Shown one piece after another: positions 9,725-21,239 of a DNA stretch of 64,000 nucleotides. Location of the stretch: the NCBI GenBank assembly GCA_018394315.1, contig CP074575.1, forward strand, positions 124,001 through 188,000. Direction: 5' to 3'. Each line of letters opens with the position of its first letter. Position 1 is the first letter of the stretch. The stretch comes from Mycoplasmatota bacterium (GTDB lineage Bacteria > Bacillota_I > Bacilli_A > MAG-NZ). Both the position numbers and the translations under genes were made by a program. Below the pieces are notes generated by a model. That model made no database searches and was not told where the DNA came from. It worked only from the letters and a program-made list of their open reading frames with translations.

Positions 9725-11074
9725 TTATAACAGAATTAATCCTAAGATCAATGTTGTAATTATTGATGCAATACCCATAAATAATGTAGCAATCGAATGT
9801 GTCTTATATGCAGTTTGAGTATCCATTCCTGCAGTCTGTGATACTACCCAGAAATAACTATCGTTAGAGTGTGAAATTGTCATAGCACCAGCACCAATAG
9901 CCATTACAGTCAACACAGCACCAATTTCGCTACCTAATCCTAATGCAGGTAGTAATGGAGCAACTATAGATGAAGTTACAACCAATGCAGTAGTTGATGA
10001 ACCTTGTGCAGTTTTAAGTGCAGCAGCAATAATGAATGGTACTAATAACCCTACTGATAATACTGATAAATTATCACCAATATATCCAGCTATAGTAGTC
10101 GCTTTGATCGCGGCACCAAACGCACCACCAGCAGCTGTAATTAATAATATAGGAGCAGCGATTCTAATTCCAGTATTTACAATATCGTTAAATGTAGATT
10201 TTGAATCTTTAAGTAATGGTAAAGCAGTAAATAAACCAATTAATAATGCAGTTGTAGGTTTCCCTAAAAAGTTAAACATTTGATAAATAGTTCCTTCACC
10301 AATTGGCTTAGCAGGTAAGTTAACTATCGTACCAAGCGAAATTAATAATACTGGCAATAAGATAGGTAAGAATGCCATGAAAGTTGATGGTAAAACACCA
10401 TAATTTTCTTCAATAATTTCATCATCTAAGTCAACAGATAATACTGAGTCATCAACTCTTTTTCCGATGAATTTTGCATAAATGTATCCTGCAGTAAGAG
10501 CTACTAAAGATACAAACACTCCAAATAGGATAACTAATCCTAATGAGTTTTCAATACCTAAGTTCCCCGCTGCAGCAATAGGCCCTGGAGTTGGTGGAAC
10601 TAGAGTATGCGATGCATATAAACCAACTGATAGGGCAACAGTCATCGTAACCATTGAAGATTTTGAAATTTTAGCAAGTGATTTTTTCAAAGGTGCTAAA
10701 ATAACATAACCAGAGTCACAAAACACTGGAATTGAAACTAACCAACCAACAATCCCCATAGCTAATGTTGGATTCTTTTTCCCAACAGTTTTTAAAGCAA
10801 AGTTCGCCATAGTAATTGCAGCTCCAGATTTTTCTAATATTACACCAATTATCGTACCTAAAATAATAACGATACCAATGTAAGCTAATAAACCTCCGAA
10901 TCCACTTCTTATTACACCATCTATATCACTAACTTTAACTCCCCCTAGTAGAGCGAAAAAGTAAGCTGATAATAAAATTGCTAAGAATGGGTGTAATTTC
11001 ACTTTATTAATCAAGAAGATCATTAAAGCAATAGTAATAACTAATAAAATTACTAAACCAAATCCTGTAAACAT
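9725..11074 (-). CDS. GntP-family permease (likely D-glycerate)
   Basis: LHPF, PVFCDSG, PPTPGP, AQGSSTTA, SHSNDSYFW; between cdaR and glycerate kinase. Confidence 0.9.
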   Translation of the reverse strand: MFTGFGLVILLVITIALMIFLINKVKLHPFLAILLSAYFFALLGGVKVSDIDGVIRSGFGGLLAYIGIVIILGTIIGVILEKSGAAITMANFALKTVGKKNPTLAMGIVGWLVSIPVFCDSGYVILAPLKKSLAKISKSSMVTMTVALSVGLYASHTLVPPTPGPIAAAGNLGIENSLGLVILFGVFVSLVALTAGYIYAKFIGKRVDDSVLSVDLDDEIIEENYGVLPSTFMAFLPILLPVLLISLGTIVNLPAKPIGEGTIYQMFNFLGKPTTALLIGLFTALPLLKDSKSTFNDIVNTGIRIAAPILLITAAGGAFGAAIKATTIAGYIGDNLSVLSVGLLVPFIIAAALKTAQGSSTTALVVTSSIVAPLLPALGLGSEIGAVLTVMAIGAGAMTISHSNDSYFWVVSQTAGMDTQTAYKTHSIATLFMGIASIITTLILGLILL

Positions 11075-11165
11075 TATAAATTCCTCCTTCTAAATTTAGT
11101 TAATTTTATCATTTAAACAATTTTAGATAAATTGTCTCGGTAGCCAAAAAAAAGCGATTTCATTG

Positions 11166-12212
11166 TTAATATTTTGTCTGAATCGACAATAGAGATAATC
11201 TAATTTTAATAAGATCATCAATATCCTTTAGGTTACAAGACGTAATTTCTTCGATTCTCTTTAATCTATATTTAAGTGTATTAACATGAATAAATAAATC
11301 ATCTGCACTTTTTGAAAGTGAAAGCTTATTTTTAATAAATGAATCAAAGGTTTTCACTAGTAACTCATTATTATTTAATTCAATCCCTTCAGTGAAAAAG
11401 TTAGATAAATTACTATCGCTTTTATTAAGTTTAAAGAAAAAGTAGTCTAACCTATGTTCCTTACATAAGTACAACTGTTTATTAGTGATTCGGTATTTCT
11501 CTATATAGTTTATTATTTTATATTCTAAAGCAACCTTAGAAAAATCAATAATCCTTGAGATAATAGCTTTGTGACCTGATTTTTCAATGTTATCGATTAT
11601 TTTACTAATTTTTTCTTCACTATCACTAGTTATTATTACTATTTTCTTATCATTCATTGAAGCTTTAATAAAACTTACACCTTCTAACAATCCACTAATC
11701 TTTGCATTAGGCTTGATGAACTTTACTATTAAATTGAATTCTTCTCTGATAAAGTTCATGGCCTGCAGTTTTCTATTTATTAAATCACTGTTAATTAAGT
11801 CAAAGAGTATTTCTAAAACAACCTGCTTTTCATATTTATCTATATCACTTTTCTTCTTTGCGACAAATTGTTGTGTTATAAGACTTTCAAGACTTAGTTT
11901 AAGAATTTCTGAAAAAACTCCTACTTCATCAGGGTTACCTGTAATACCAACTGCACCTATTACTTTACCTTCAGAGTGTACAGGCAAATTTATGCCGGGT
12001 TTTACGTTACTTGACTCAGACTCATAAACCGCATAATTCTTTACCTCTCCTTTTATAATAGAATGTGCAAAAGCATGATATTTGCCCACTCTACTTAAAT
12101 CACTAGAACCCACAATAATACCATTAACATCAAAAATATTTACGTTATGTTTGATAAGTCCACTTAATCTCGTTGCTATATCTATTAATATTTCTTTTTC
12201 TAGTCCAACCAT
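11166..12212 (-). CDS. cdaR: CdaR-family sugar-diacid regulator
   Basis: N-terminal diacid-recognition domain (NVNIFD..GIIVGS, GINLP, GITG) and C-terminal PucR HTH (LFIHVNTLKYRL). Confidence 0.88.
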   Translation of the reverse strand: MVGLEKEILIDIATRLSGLIKHNVNIFDVNGIIVGSSDLSRVGKYHAFAHSIIKGEVKNYAVYESESSNVKPGINLPVHSEGKVIGAVGITGNPDEVGVFSEILKLSLESLITQQFVAKKKSDIDKYEKQVVLEILFDLINSDLINRKLQAMNFIREEFNLIVKFIKPNAKISGLLEGVSFIKASMNDKKIVIITSDSEEKISKIIDNIEKSGHKAIISRIIDFSKVALEYKIINYIEKYRITNKQLYLCKEHRLDYFFFKLNKSDSNLSNFFTEGIELNNNELLVKTFDSFIKNKLSLSKSADDLFIHVNTLKYRLKRIEEITSCNLKDIDDLIKIRLSLLSIQTKY

Positions 12213-12240
12213 TTTACTACCTCACACAAATATTATATCC

Positions 12241-12268
12241 AAAAAAATCACCTCTAAAAGAGATGATT
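12241..12268 (-). terminator. Terminator ending the ort-ora-arc-alr operon
   Basis: Minus strand AATCATCTC-tttta-GAGGTGATT followed by a T run. Confidence 0.7.
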
Positions 12269-13334
12269 AAAATCGATAGTTATTCATTTTAATTACTTCA
12301 CCATTTTTCTTATATACCCTTGGAACTCTATCAGAAATTGAACAAACTATTTCGTAGTTGATGGTATTTAAGTCAATAGCTAACATATCAACAGTAATAT
12401 TATCATTGATTAAGGCAACAATATCATTTTTCTTGATTGTGTCATCAACTAAAATCATCAATTGGTCCATACAAACATTCCCTACTATTTTATATTGTTT
12501 GTTATTAATTTCTACGCTTCTTCCCTTATGGTATCTTAAAAACCCATCAGCATAACCTATAGGAATTGTAGCGATAAATGAATCCATAGTAGCCGTAAAT
12601 GTTGTGCCATATCCTACTGATTCACCTTTATTTATTTTCTTAACGTTAGTTACCCTTGAATATAGCGAAAAAGCTTGTTTTAGTTCTACTGGTAATTTTC
12701 CTTCGTAAGGGCTTAAGCCATACATAGCAATACCCAATCTACCTGCAGTAAAAAAGTTACGATAAGCTAGCATCCCAGCACTATTATTAACATGAATAAG
12801 GTTTTTATCTAGGTCTAACTCATTAAGCTTTGCAACTTGATTCTCATAATAAACATCATCACTTCCCGCAGTAGCTAAATGAGTATAAATACCTTCTAAA
12901 TTTAAATTTTTAGATTTATTGATTTTTTTAATAATTTCTTTAATCTCGTTAGTATCCCTAAAACCTATTCTATTCATTCCTGTATCAATTTTTAGTTGAA
13001 CATTTAAAAAACCATCATAATCTATATCGTCAATAATCGTTAAAGAGATATCATTTTCACTAGCTAAGTCAAAATAATCTTCGCTAGTATATCCAAGAAC
13101 TAGTATAGGTGCAGTGAAATATTTCCTAAGTCTTAAAGCCTCATCTAAGAAGGCTACAGCTAAATGCGTAGCCCCAGCAGATAAAGCAGCCTCAGCAACT
13201 TCTAAATCACCATGACCATAACCATTTGCTTTTACAACTGCATAAAGTTTGTCATAATCAGTATAATTTTTTATAACACTTACGTTGTGCTTGATACGAT
13301 CTAAATCTATCTCAGCCCAAGTGTCACGAAACAT
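12267..13334 (-). CDS. alr: Alanine racemase
   Basis: AVVKANGYGHG PLP lysine motif, DTGMNRIG, VGYG, GNVCMDQ. Confidence 0.95.
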   Translation of the reverse strand: MFRDTWAEIDLDRIKHNVSVIKNYTDYDKLYAVVKANGYGHGDLEVAEAALSAGATHLAVAFLDEALRLRKYFTAPILVLGYTSEDYFDLASENDISLTIIDDIDYDGFLNVQLKIDTGMNRIGFRDTNEIKEIIKKINKSKNLNLEGIYTHLATAGSDDVYYENQVAKLNELDLDKNLIHVNNSAGMLAYRNFFTAGRLGIAMYGLSPYEGKLPVELKQAFSLYSRVTNVKKINKGESVGYGTTFTATMDSFIATIPIGYADGFLRYHKGRSVEINNKQYKIVGNVCMDQLMILVDDTIKKNDIVALINDNITVDMLAIDLNTINYEIVCSISDRVPRVYKKNGEVIKMNNYRF

Positions 13335-14341
13335 TATTTTAAAGTCGCATACATTACAGCTTTAATAGTATGCATTCTATTTTCAGCTTCCTGGAATACA
13401 ACAGAATGTTCACTCTCAAAGACTTCATCAGTTACTTCCATTTCACCAGTAGCCACTTTTTGATATCTTCTACCTAATTTAGATGACATTTCTCTACCAA
13501 CATCAGTCTGTGAATCATGGAATGCTGGTAAACAGTGCATAAAGATAACATCATCTTTAGCATTCTTAATCATTTGCATATCCACTTGATAATCTGCTAA
13601 TAATTTAACTCTTTTTTCCCATACTTCAGTTGGTTCACCCATAGATACCCAAACATCAGTGTATATAACATCTGCATTTAAAGTACCTTCTGCAACGTCT
13701 TCAGTGAAAGTAAGTTTAGCTCCTGTTTCTTTTCCAATTTGTCTACATTTATCAATCAACTCTTGATCAGGCCATAAGCTTCTTGGTGCTAATGCAGTAA
13801 AGTCCATACCCATTTTAGCTGCACCAATCATTAATGAATTACCCATATTGTTTCGAGCATCACCTACATAAGTAAACTTAACGCCTTCTAAAGTACCTTT
13901 ATATTCTAAAATCGTTAAGAAGTCCGCTAATATTTGTGTCGGATGATACATATCTGTTAAACCATTCCATACAGGTACACCAGCATATTTACCTAATGTC
14001 TCAACATCAGATTGTTTATATCCTCTAAATTCAATACCATCGTACATTCTACCAAGTACTCTTGCCGTATCGGCAACAGACTCTTTTTTATTCATTTGAG
14101 ATCCGTTTGGTCCTAAATATGTTACACCCATTCCTAAATCCATCGCTCCAACTTCAAATGCACAGCGAGTTCTAGTCGAATCCTTTTGGAAAAGAATAAC
14201 GATATTTTTGTCTGTAAGTACTTTATGTGGTATTCCATCGTACTTCTCTTTTTTAAGTCTCGTAGACAAATCTAACAGCTTCTTGATTTCTTCTGGAGTG
14301 TAATCCAGCAATGTAATAAAACTTCTACCTTTAAAACTCAT
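13334..14341 (-). CDS. arcB: Ornithine carbamoyltransferase (catabolic by context)
   Basis: [21 protein letters not shown]; directly follows arcA. Confidence 0.95.
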   Translation of the reverse strand: MSFKGRSFITLLDYTPEEIKKLLDLSTRLKKEKYDGIPHKVLTDKNIVILFQKDSTRTRCAFEVGAMDLGMGVTYLGPNGSQMNKKESVADTARVLGRMYDGIEFRGYKQSDVETLGKYAGVPVWNGLTDMYHPTQILADFLTILEYKGTLEGVKFTYVGDARNNMGNSLMIGAAKMGMDFTALAPRSLWPDQELIDKCRQIGKETGAKLTFTEDVAEGTLNADVIYTDVWVSMGEPTEVWEKRVKLLADYQVDMQMIKNAKDDVIFMHCLPAFHDSQTDVGREMSSKLGRRYQKVATGEMEVTDEVFESEHSVVFQEAENRMHTIKAVMYATLK

Positions 14342-14360
14342 TTTAAATCCTCTCTTTCAG

Positions 14361-15548
14361 TTATTCTCTAATTAATGGCATACTCATGCATCTAGGCCCA
14401 CCACGTCCACGTGATAATTCACTAGATGGTATAACATGAATCTTTACACCATTTTCTACTAAGAGTTTATTAGTAACCGTATTTCTTGAATATACAATTA
14501 CTTCTCCAGGAGCAATAGCTAATGTATTTGCTGCATCGCTCCATTGTTCTCTTCTTGAGTCAATATAATCGCCACCACCACATTTTATCAGTGTGATATC
14601 TTTTTTTAGATAGTGGGATAAAATATTCTCTAAGGTATCTTTAATTTCTTTTATTTTTAATCTTCCTCTTTCATTTGTGATTTCAAACACTTCGGTCGGA
14701 CCAATAATTCCACCATGTAGAGTGAATTTATCATGATCCACTTGTGTTAATACAGTATCTAAGTGCATGAAAGCACGAGAATTAGGAATATAAAATGCTA
14801 AAATTGTTTGAAAATTTGTTCTATTGAATAAAGTTTTACCAATTTTTTCTACAGCCTCAGGTTGAGTTCTTTCACTAATACCAACAGCTATAATCTCCTC
14901 ATTTAGGATTAATATATCTCCACCTTCAATAGATAATTTTTCATCTCGGTTATAAAATCTCTCAGTATGCATAAAATCAGGATGATATTTGAATATATAG
15001 TCAGCATAAATAGTTTCACGATTTCTAGTTTCTGTTCTCATATGATTGATAGAAACACCTTCACCAATACTCGTAAATGGATCTCTAGTAAAGTATAAGT
15101 TTGGCATAGGGTCAGTTGCGAATGGATACTTATCAATATAATCTAATAATCTTCTTCTCGGTAAAGATAACTCACTATTTCTAATACCACCCATAGTTTT
15201 TAGAACAAGTTCTAAGTTTGGTAATTTAACTAAATATTCATAAGCAGCTATCCTTTTAGTATGAGAGTTCATATTTGCTTCACTTAAGAATTGGTACAAG
15301 AATTGTTCCTTTACTCTGTTATCTTCTAAAACTTCAGCCATTAATTCTTCTAAATATACTACTTCCACACCATTTTCTCTTAAAACATTTGAAAAAGCAT
15401 CATGCTCTTCTTGAGCAAGTTCTAACCATGGAATATCATCAAATAGTAATTGATCTAAAAGACTAGGAATCAAATTATCTAATTCACTACCTGGTCGGTG
15501 TAACAACACTTTTTTTAATCTACCAATTTCTGAATGTACCTTTATCAT
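14361..15548 (-). CDS. arcA: Arginine deiminase
   Basis: SEIGRL, FTRD, EGGD, MHLDT and [14 protein letters not shown] catalytic motifs. Confidence 0.97.
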   Translation of the reverse strand: MIKVHSEIGRLKKVLLHRPGSELDNLIPSLLDQLLFDDIPWLELAQEEHDAFSNVLRENGVEVVYLEELMAEVLEDNRVKEQFLYQFLSEANMNSHTKRIAAYEYLVKLPNLELVLKTMGGIRNSELSLPRRRLLDYIDKYPFATDPMPNLYFTRDPFTSIGEGVSINHMRTETRNRETIYADYIFKYHPDFMHTERFYNRDEKLSIEGGDILILNEEIIAVGISERTQPEAVEKIGKTLFNRTNFQTILAFYIPNSRAFMHLDTVLTQVDHDKFTLHGGIIGPTEVFEITNERGRLKIKEIKDTLENILSHYLKKDITLIKCGGGDYIDSRREQWSDAANTLAIAPGEVIVYSRNTVTNKLLVENGVKIHVIPSSELSRGRGGPRCMSMPLIRE

Positions 15549-16558
15549 CCGATTACCTCTTTCTTAACATATGGACTTGTAGCTAGTCTTAGTAAAGCAC
15601 CATATTTTAACTTAAATTTAATAATATCTCCTACTTTGTAATCACCAGCAATAATCAAGTGATCACTACTAGCTCCTAAAATTTCTCCATCAAAAATGAG
15701 CCCAGATTCATCAACATCTTGTTTTCCTACCGCAACTATAGCTCTCATAATGTTCCCTTTATCAATAAATAATGGCTTATTACCAAATGCATCCATTCCA
15801 ATTTCTCCGACTGGATGACTTGGTTTTTCTTTTACTTCTACAACCTCAGCCTCTAAAGTAAACACATCATCATATAATCCATCTAGTATTTCTCCAAAAG
15901 CAGTTTCACGTCCAAGAACTATCGCTTCACCAAGCCTTAAGTTATTTATAAGTGATAGATCTTCTAAATATAAACTAGAAGAATTTCCACCTGAAATAAC
16001 TTCAATTTTGGCACCCTTACTCTCAATTGCTTCTCTTAATTCATTCAATAACTCTAAATGCTTTCTATTAGGTATAATACCTCCATAACATGTTAGATTA
16101 GTACCTATTCCGTATAAGCTTAGATTATCTAAGTCCAAAATTTCTTCAATAAAATTCAATTCCTCTTCAAACCATATCCCTTCTCTAAGGTCTCCTAGGT
16201 CAAACATCAGAATGATTTTTATCTTCTTGTTGTGTAGTTTTGCTTCATTATTAAGCTTTTTTATCGTATCCATTTCACTAATCAAGACGATATCAGTAAC
16301 TTGGACAACTCTATCCAACTCGCTTTGCATTGGTATTCTAAGTAAGACTTTCGGTAAATCTGTACTTATCTTTTCCAAATTATCGATTCTTGAATCAGCC
16401 ACAAAACTAATTCCACCGTCAATCATTGCTTTTACTGCCTCTTCCATAGCACAAAACACCTTAGTAACACCCATTACTTTTATTGGATAAAGTTTATTAA
16501 CTAAAAATTCAGTATTATGTTTTAGTTTTTCTAAATCTACGATCAGTCTTGGATACAT
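15545..16558 (-). CDS. orr: Ornithine racemase
   Basis: Fold-III PLP racemase: [32 protein letters not shown]; within the ora cluster. Confidence 0.9.
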   Translation of the reverse strand: MYPRLIVDLEKLKHNTEFLVNKLYPIKVMGVTKVFCAMEEAVKAMIDGGISFVADSRIDNLEKISTDLPKVLLRIPMQSELDRVVQVTDIVLISEMDTIKKLNNEAKLHNKKIKIILMFDLGDLREGIWFEEELNFIEEILDLDNLSLYGIGTNLTCYGGIIPNRKHLELLNELREAIESKGAKIEVISGGNSSSLYLEDLSLINNLRLGEAIVLGRETAFGEILDGLYDDVFTLEAEVVEVKEKPSHPVGEIGMDAFGNKPLFIDKGNIMRAIVAVGKQDVDESGLIFDGEILGASSDHLIIAGDYKVGDIIKFKLKYGALLRLATSPYVKKEVIG

Positions 16559-17841
16559 TAAACTAAACTTCCCTTCAATAATCTAAATGCAACTTCTGGA
16601 TACTTTTTACTTAGTGCTCCTAAAGAAGCCATAATATATTTGCTGTCCACTAAAATCTTAGCGTTAATAGGTAATAATTTCTTAGTGTTTTCCTTTAAAA
16701 CTTCAGTAACTATTTTTTTACCGTTTAAGTTAACAAGAGCTCCACCTGTTAAAACTATATATTTAACATCCGTTAAGTCCTTACCCTCAACAAGTTTCTT
16801 TACTCCACTACTTGTATAAAATTCTTTATATTCTCCAGCATGTCTATTTAGTGACTCTTTAACAGCTGTGTAGGTTAACTTTGAGACAAGCTCAAATTCA
16901 TCATTTGATTTAGGAATAGGACTATAATTTTTAAGCAAATAATCCAAATTAGAAAAACCACTTAAATCAGTCAATTCCACTAAATTATCTTTATTAACAT
17001 ATACACCCAAATCACCCTCTACAGTACGTTTTGCATTAGGTTCTGGAGTGATTACATTATCATTTATATAACTAGTTACAGAATGAATATCTGTAGTGGC
17101 ACCACCTACATCAATTACTATTAGATCACCCATCTTAGAAGCAAGTAACTTTGCACACTCCATAACTGCTCCCGGAGTTGGTATAATACTATCAGTAAGT
17201 GTTTTAATATTATCCATTCCTTTAGCATGAATTATATTATCTTCAAAAACCTTATGAATTACCTTTCTAGTAGGTTCTACGTTTAAGTTATCAATCTTCG
17301 GGTATACATTATCTACACATGTTACATCTTTAAGAATGCACTTGATTTCTTCAGTGTTTTCTAAGTTACCCGCATATATGATTGGTACATCTAAACTTAG
17401 ATTCTTAATCATTTCTGCATTATAAAGAGCGGTTTCCCTTTCTCCATAATCTACTCCACCAGCTAATAAAATGATATTTGGGTTAATCTTATTAATCTTT
17501 TCTAAATCAAAGGGTTTTAGTTTGCCAGCTGTAATAAAATGAATATTAGCACCTGCCCCTAATGCTGCTTCTTTTGCAGCCTTAACAGTCATATCATATA
17601 CAAGTCCATGTACAGTCATTCTAAGACCACCAGCAGCACTACTTGTCGCAAACATTTCTTTATACTTAAAATCATTAACTTTATATAAATTTTGGAAATC
17701 TTCTATAGCACCATTAACTCCGATAGTTACATCTTCTACTGTAGTAGGATGAACCCCTTGACCAATTAACCCTATATCAAAATTAAATACATTGACTAAA
17801 GTTATAGTGCTACCAATTTCAACTATCAAAAAGTCGTACAT
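16558..17841 (-). CDS. oraF: GlmL-like ATPase, ornithine aminomutase reactivating factor
   Basis: EIGSTIT, SSAAGGL, DVGGATTD, RTVEGDLG; follows oraE. Confidence 0.85.
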   Translation of the reverse strand: MYDFLIVEIGSTITLVNVFNFDIGLIGQGVHPTTVEDVTIGVNGAIEDFQNLYKVNDFKYKEMFATSSAAGGLRMTVHGLVYDMTVKAAKEAALGAGANIHFITAGKLKPFDLEKINKINPNIILLAGGVDYGERETALYNAEMIKNLSLDVPIIYAGNLENTEEIKCILKDVTCVDNVYPKIDNLNVEPTRKVIHKVFEDNIIHAKGMDNIKTLTDSIIPTPGAVMECAKLLASKMGDLIVIDVGGATTDIHSVTSYINDNVITPEPNAKRTVEGDLGVYVNKDNLVELTDLSGFSNLDYLLKNYSPIPKSNDEFELVSKLTYTAVKESLNRHAGEYKEFYTSSGVKKLVEGKDLTDVKYIVLTGGALVNLNGKKIVTEVLKENTKKLLPINAKILVDSKYIMASLGALSKKYPEVAFRLLKGSLV

Positions 17842-20006
17842 TATTTTCTATTTTTGATTAAAGATGTTGCTACATGAAGTCCCTTTGTTCCTCTACCGAA
17901 TGCATCATCTACACCCGTTTCTAAAGCTAAGTCCCTAGAAACTTGAGTACCACCGGCAATAATCTGGATCTTATCCCTAACCCCTTTTTCGGTAGCATAA
18001 TCATGCGCCTTTTTCATGGTACGGTAATGAATATCATCATGAGAAATTATTGTAGACATTAAAACAGCTTCTACATCTAATTCAATGGCTGCATCAATTA
18101 ATTTTTCTATCGAACAAGATGTTCCTAAATAATGAATATCTATTCCATATTTCTCGATACCACCATGTTTAATATCGATAATTTCTCTTAACCCTACGGA
18201 ATGTTCATCTTCACCCACTGTAGCAGCTACTATAGTCATAGACTTTTTCTTAATCGCATCACGAATTTCGTCTTCACTTAAAACAGGAATTTTTTTTGGT
18301 ATTACTAATTTTGAAATATCGATATCAAAATCAACTTTACCTTTAAGTTGAATTCTACTTCCCTCAACTGGATGTAAAACTTCTTTATGAATTACCTCAA
18401 CCTCACTTAGATTCATTATCTTACCAATCTCGATAGCTGCATATTCTGCAGTACGAATATCAGTAGGTAAGGTAATATCCACCTGAACAGTACCATCTGC
18501 AAGCCACTCAACTTCTGGTTTCAGTAAATTAGAGTTTCTATACTTCTTTGTTTCATCTAATCTTAAATATACATTATCAGATTCATCCAACTCATCTATA
18601 AATACGATTTTTTCAGGTTTTTCTAAAGTACAACCATCTATTAAGTCAGATGGATTATCCACTCCGTACTGAGCAAAGTTATTATATCCAAAATGTGCTG
18701 ACACTGGAGCTAAATAATCTTCATCTCTTTCATAAACACTTCCACTACTTAATCCACCATCTATTTCACGAGCAATACCATCAGCATTTCGTTCTGGATA
18801 CTCTCCTGAATCAACGAACATTCCAGCTTCTACAGCTTCGAAATATCCACCGTATTCTAAAACCTCTTCCATAAACAATATCGCACGCTCTTGAATTTCT
18901 CTTTTCGTCTCATATAAATAACCTGAGTCTTTCAATTCAACCATGCTTAAAATGTCATCCATACCAATCATTGCTTGTTTAGCTGTATCAGTAGCTTCAA
19001 TGTTATACATATGCCAAGGAACATTTCTACCTTCATCAGGTGTGATTGTTGATTGAATATCAGCACTCGTTAACTTTGATATCAATAAATTTAAAACATG
19101 AGTAACAGTCGCTTCACGAGTGCTTGAATCCATATACTTAGTATTCATCTGAGCTCTCATTTTATAGTCAGAGAAGAATTCTCTTAAAGCAACTGCATAC
19201 GGTAAATTCAATTTTAAATCAGGTGCAGGAGGTGCAGCTGGAGGTACAGTACTTAAAGCTATATCCTCTTTATTCATACCTGACCTTTCACTAAACACAG
19301 AGTTAATCGCATGTTGAACTAATAATTCAGGCATAACTTTCCATGCATCTCTTGCTGTAGCGTTTGCATTATGCGCGCCATCAATTTGAAGAATATTAGC
19401 TGATGCCATAATCTTCTTACTTTCAGCAGCATCTACAAACGAACGAATCATATTTATATTTCTATATAAAACATTATATTGAGGGTCTTGGTGAGCTCCG
19501 TTAACACCCTCTTCTGCAAACATAACTGCAATCTCTGGACCAGCAACACCAGATACGTATGAATGATAATTTAGTGGTCTTCCCACTTCTTCTTCAATCA
19601 TGTCTAGAGCTTTTCTTTGAGCTCTAACTTGTTTTCTAGTTACTGGGATTCCCCCGATTCCTTGAGGAGTACCTTCAAGCAATCCATCAAAATGTGATTG
19701 TCCTGCAGTTCTAATAACCATCAAATGATCAGCACCATGCCAGGCTGCCATTCTCATTCTTCTTATATCATCCTCAAACCTTCCTGATGCAATTTCAGTA
19801 GTGATAACCGAATCAGGTTGAGGGTCTATATCATTTAAATTTCTCGCTCCAGGTAAAGCGATACTATTCTTCATTGGTTTTGATGCATCTTGATAAGTAA
19901 ATGGTCCATACTCAAAACTACCTTTTTCACGCCATGTCCATCCTTTTCTCTTTGGACGGTAATTTTCTAAATTAGATAAAATCTCTCTTATATCTAGTTT
20001 CTTCAT
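17841..20006 (-). CDS. oraE: D-ornithine 4,5-aminomutase large subunit (AdoCbl/PLP)
   Basis: EIASGRFEDDIRRMRMAAWHGADH, B12 motif DEHSVG, PLP lysine in IDIKHGG. Confidence 0.96.
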   Translation of the reverse strand: MKKLDIREILSNLENYRPKRKGWTWREKGSFEYGPFTYQDASKPMKNSIALPGARNLNDIDPQPDSVITTEIASGRFEDDIRRMRMAAWHGADHLMVIRTAGQSHFDGLLEGTPQGIGGIPVTRKQVRAQRKALDMIEEEVGRPLNYHSYVSGVAGPEIAVMFAEEGVNGAHQDPQYNVLYRNINMIRSFVDAAESKKIMASANILQIDGAHNANATARDAWKVMPELLVQHAINSVFSERSGMNKEDIALSTVPPAAPPAPDLKLNLPYAVALREFFSDYKMRAQMNTKYMDSSTREATVTHVLNLLISKLTSADIQSTITPDEGRNVPWHMYNIEATDTAKQAMIGMDDILSMVELKDSGYLYETKREIQERAILFMEEVLEYGGYFEAVEAGMFVDSGEYPERNADGIAREIDGGLSSGSVYERDEDYLAPVSAHFGYNNFAQYGVDNPSDLIDGCTLEKPEKIVFIDELDESDNVYLRLDETKKYRNSNLLKPEVEWLADGTVQVDITLPTDIRTAEYAAIEIGKIMNLSEVEVIHKEVLHPVEGSRIQLKGKVDFDIDISKLVIPKKIPVLSEDEIRDAIKKKSMTIVAATVGEDEHSVGLREIIDIKHGGIEKYGIDIHYLGTSCSIEKLIDAAIELDVEAVLMSTIISHDDIHYRTMKKAHDYATEKGVRDKIQIIAGGTQVSRDLALETGVDDAFGRGTKGLHVATSLIKNRK

Positions 20007-20368
20007 TAGAATTTCTCCTTAAGCAAATCTATGTGCTTACCTTCAACTAATTCCATCCCTGCTTGGCGTATAGGAATTCCTAATTTAGAAGAAATGAAGT
20101 ATACAACATGTCCAGCACCTTTTTTCATTAAATCAAGATCAATAACCTTATCGACTATTTGCTTAATTTCAATTGAAGAGAATCCCATTCTAAGTAATAC
20201 ACTTCTTTCAATTGAAGGAGAAGTGTTATTTTTAGCTAAATCAACTAATGGATCAACGATTTTATTAGCTAACTTCCAGAATCTTTCCTTAAGTTCTTTA
20301 TCGCTTAAATTCTTTAGTTCATTACGACGATTTAAAAAATCATCTTCTCGTCTAACTACTTTACTCAT
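20006..20368 (-). CDS. oraS: D-ornithine 4,5-aminomutase small subunit
   Basis: TSPSIERSVLLRMGFSS signature. Confidence 0.95.
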   Translation of the reverse strand: MSKVVRREDDFLNRRNELKNLSDKELKERFWKLANKIVDPLVDLAKNNTSPSIERSVLLRMGFSSIEIKQIVDKVIDLDLMKKGAGHVVYFISSKLGIPIRQAGMELVEGKHIDLLKEKF

Positions 20369-20387
20369 CTAAAATCTCCTTATTAAA

Positions 20388-21239
20388 TTATTTTACTTTG
20401 GGAATAAACCCTAGACAAATTGCACCTGGACCAGAATGAGATCCAACTGCTGGTGTTAATGGATAATCAAAAACATTATGTATATCTTTTTCCTTAAGTA
20501 ACTCTCTAATAACAGTGCATTGTTCTGGATTATTTGCGTGTATCAATATATATTCACCATCAATACCTTTTGTTTCTTCTAAGACTTTCTCTACAACTCT
20601 ATTTATAGCCTTTTTAAGTGTTCTAATCTTCTCTACAGAAACAACTTTTCCATCTCTAGTTAATTCTAATAAGGGCTTGATTTTCATCATACTCCCAATA
20701 AAGCCACTTGCATTAGACAAACGTCCGTTCTTAACTAGATATTTTAATTCAGGAACCGCAAAAACAAGTCTAGCGTTTTCTTGAATATAATCTAAAACAG
20801 GAATAATTTCTTCAATGCTTTTCCCTTCACTAATCATTCTTGAAGCTTCTATAGCTATGTATGCCTCAAGGTATGCTACAGTTTTTGAGTCATAAACTGT
20901 AACTTTTAAGTCTTCTATCATATCAGCAGCAATCAAACAACCTTGATATATTCCACTTAAAGCAGATGAAATTGTTATAACTAAAATCTCTTCATATCCT
21001 TTTTCACGACACTTCTTAAAAACTTCTAATATCGAACCTGTCGATGGTTGTGCCGTTTTTGGCATTACATCAGGATTTGACTCTATTTTTCTGTAAAACT
21101 CTTCAGCAGTTATTTCTAAATAATCCACAAATTCTTCTTCACCAAAAAGTACTGTTGATCTAATCACTTCAATATCATAAGGATGATCAACATAATCAAC
21201 ACCTGCATTGGTACATACTACTACACCTATTTTGCTCAT
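20388..21239 (-). CDS. DegV-family fatty-acid-binding protein
   Basis: PKTAQPS, ISSALSG, LKYLVKNGR, KIKPLL, HSGPG. Confidence 0.93.
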   Translation of the reverse strand: MSKIGVVVCTNAGVDYVDHPYDIEVIRSTVLFGEEEFVDYLEITAEEFYRKIESNPDVMPKTAQPSTGSILEVFKKCREKGYEEILVITISSALSGIYQGCLIAADMIEDLKVTVYDSKTVAYLEAYIAIEASRMISEGKSIEEIIPVLDYIQENARLVFAVPELKYLVKNGRLSNASGFIGSMMKIKPLLELTRDGKVVSVEKIRTLKKAINRVVEKVLEETKGIDGEYILIHANNPEQCTVIRELLKEKDIHNVFDYPLTPAVGSHSGPGAICLGFIPKVK

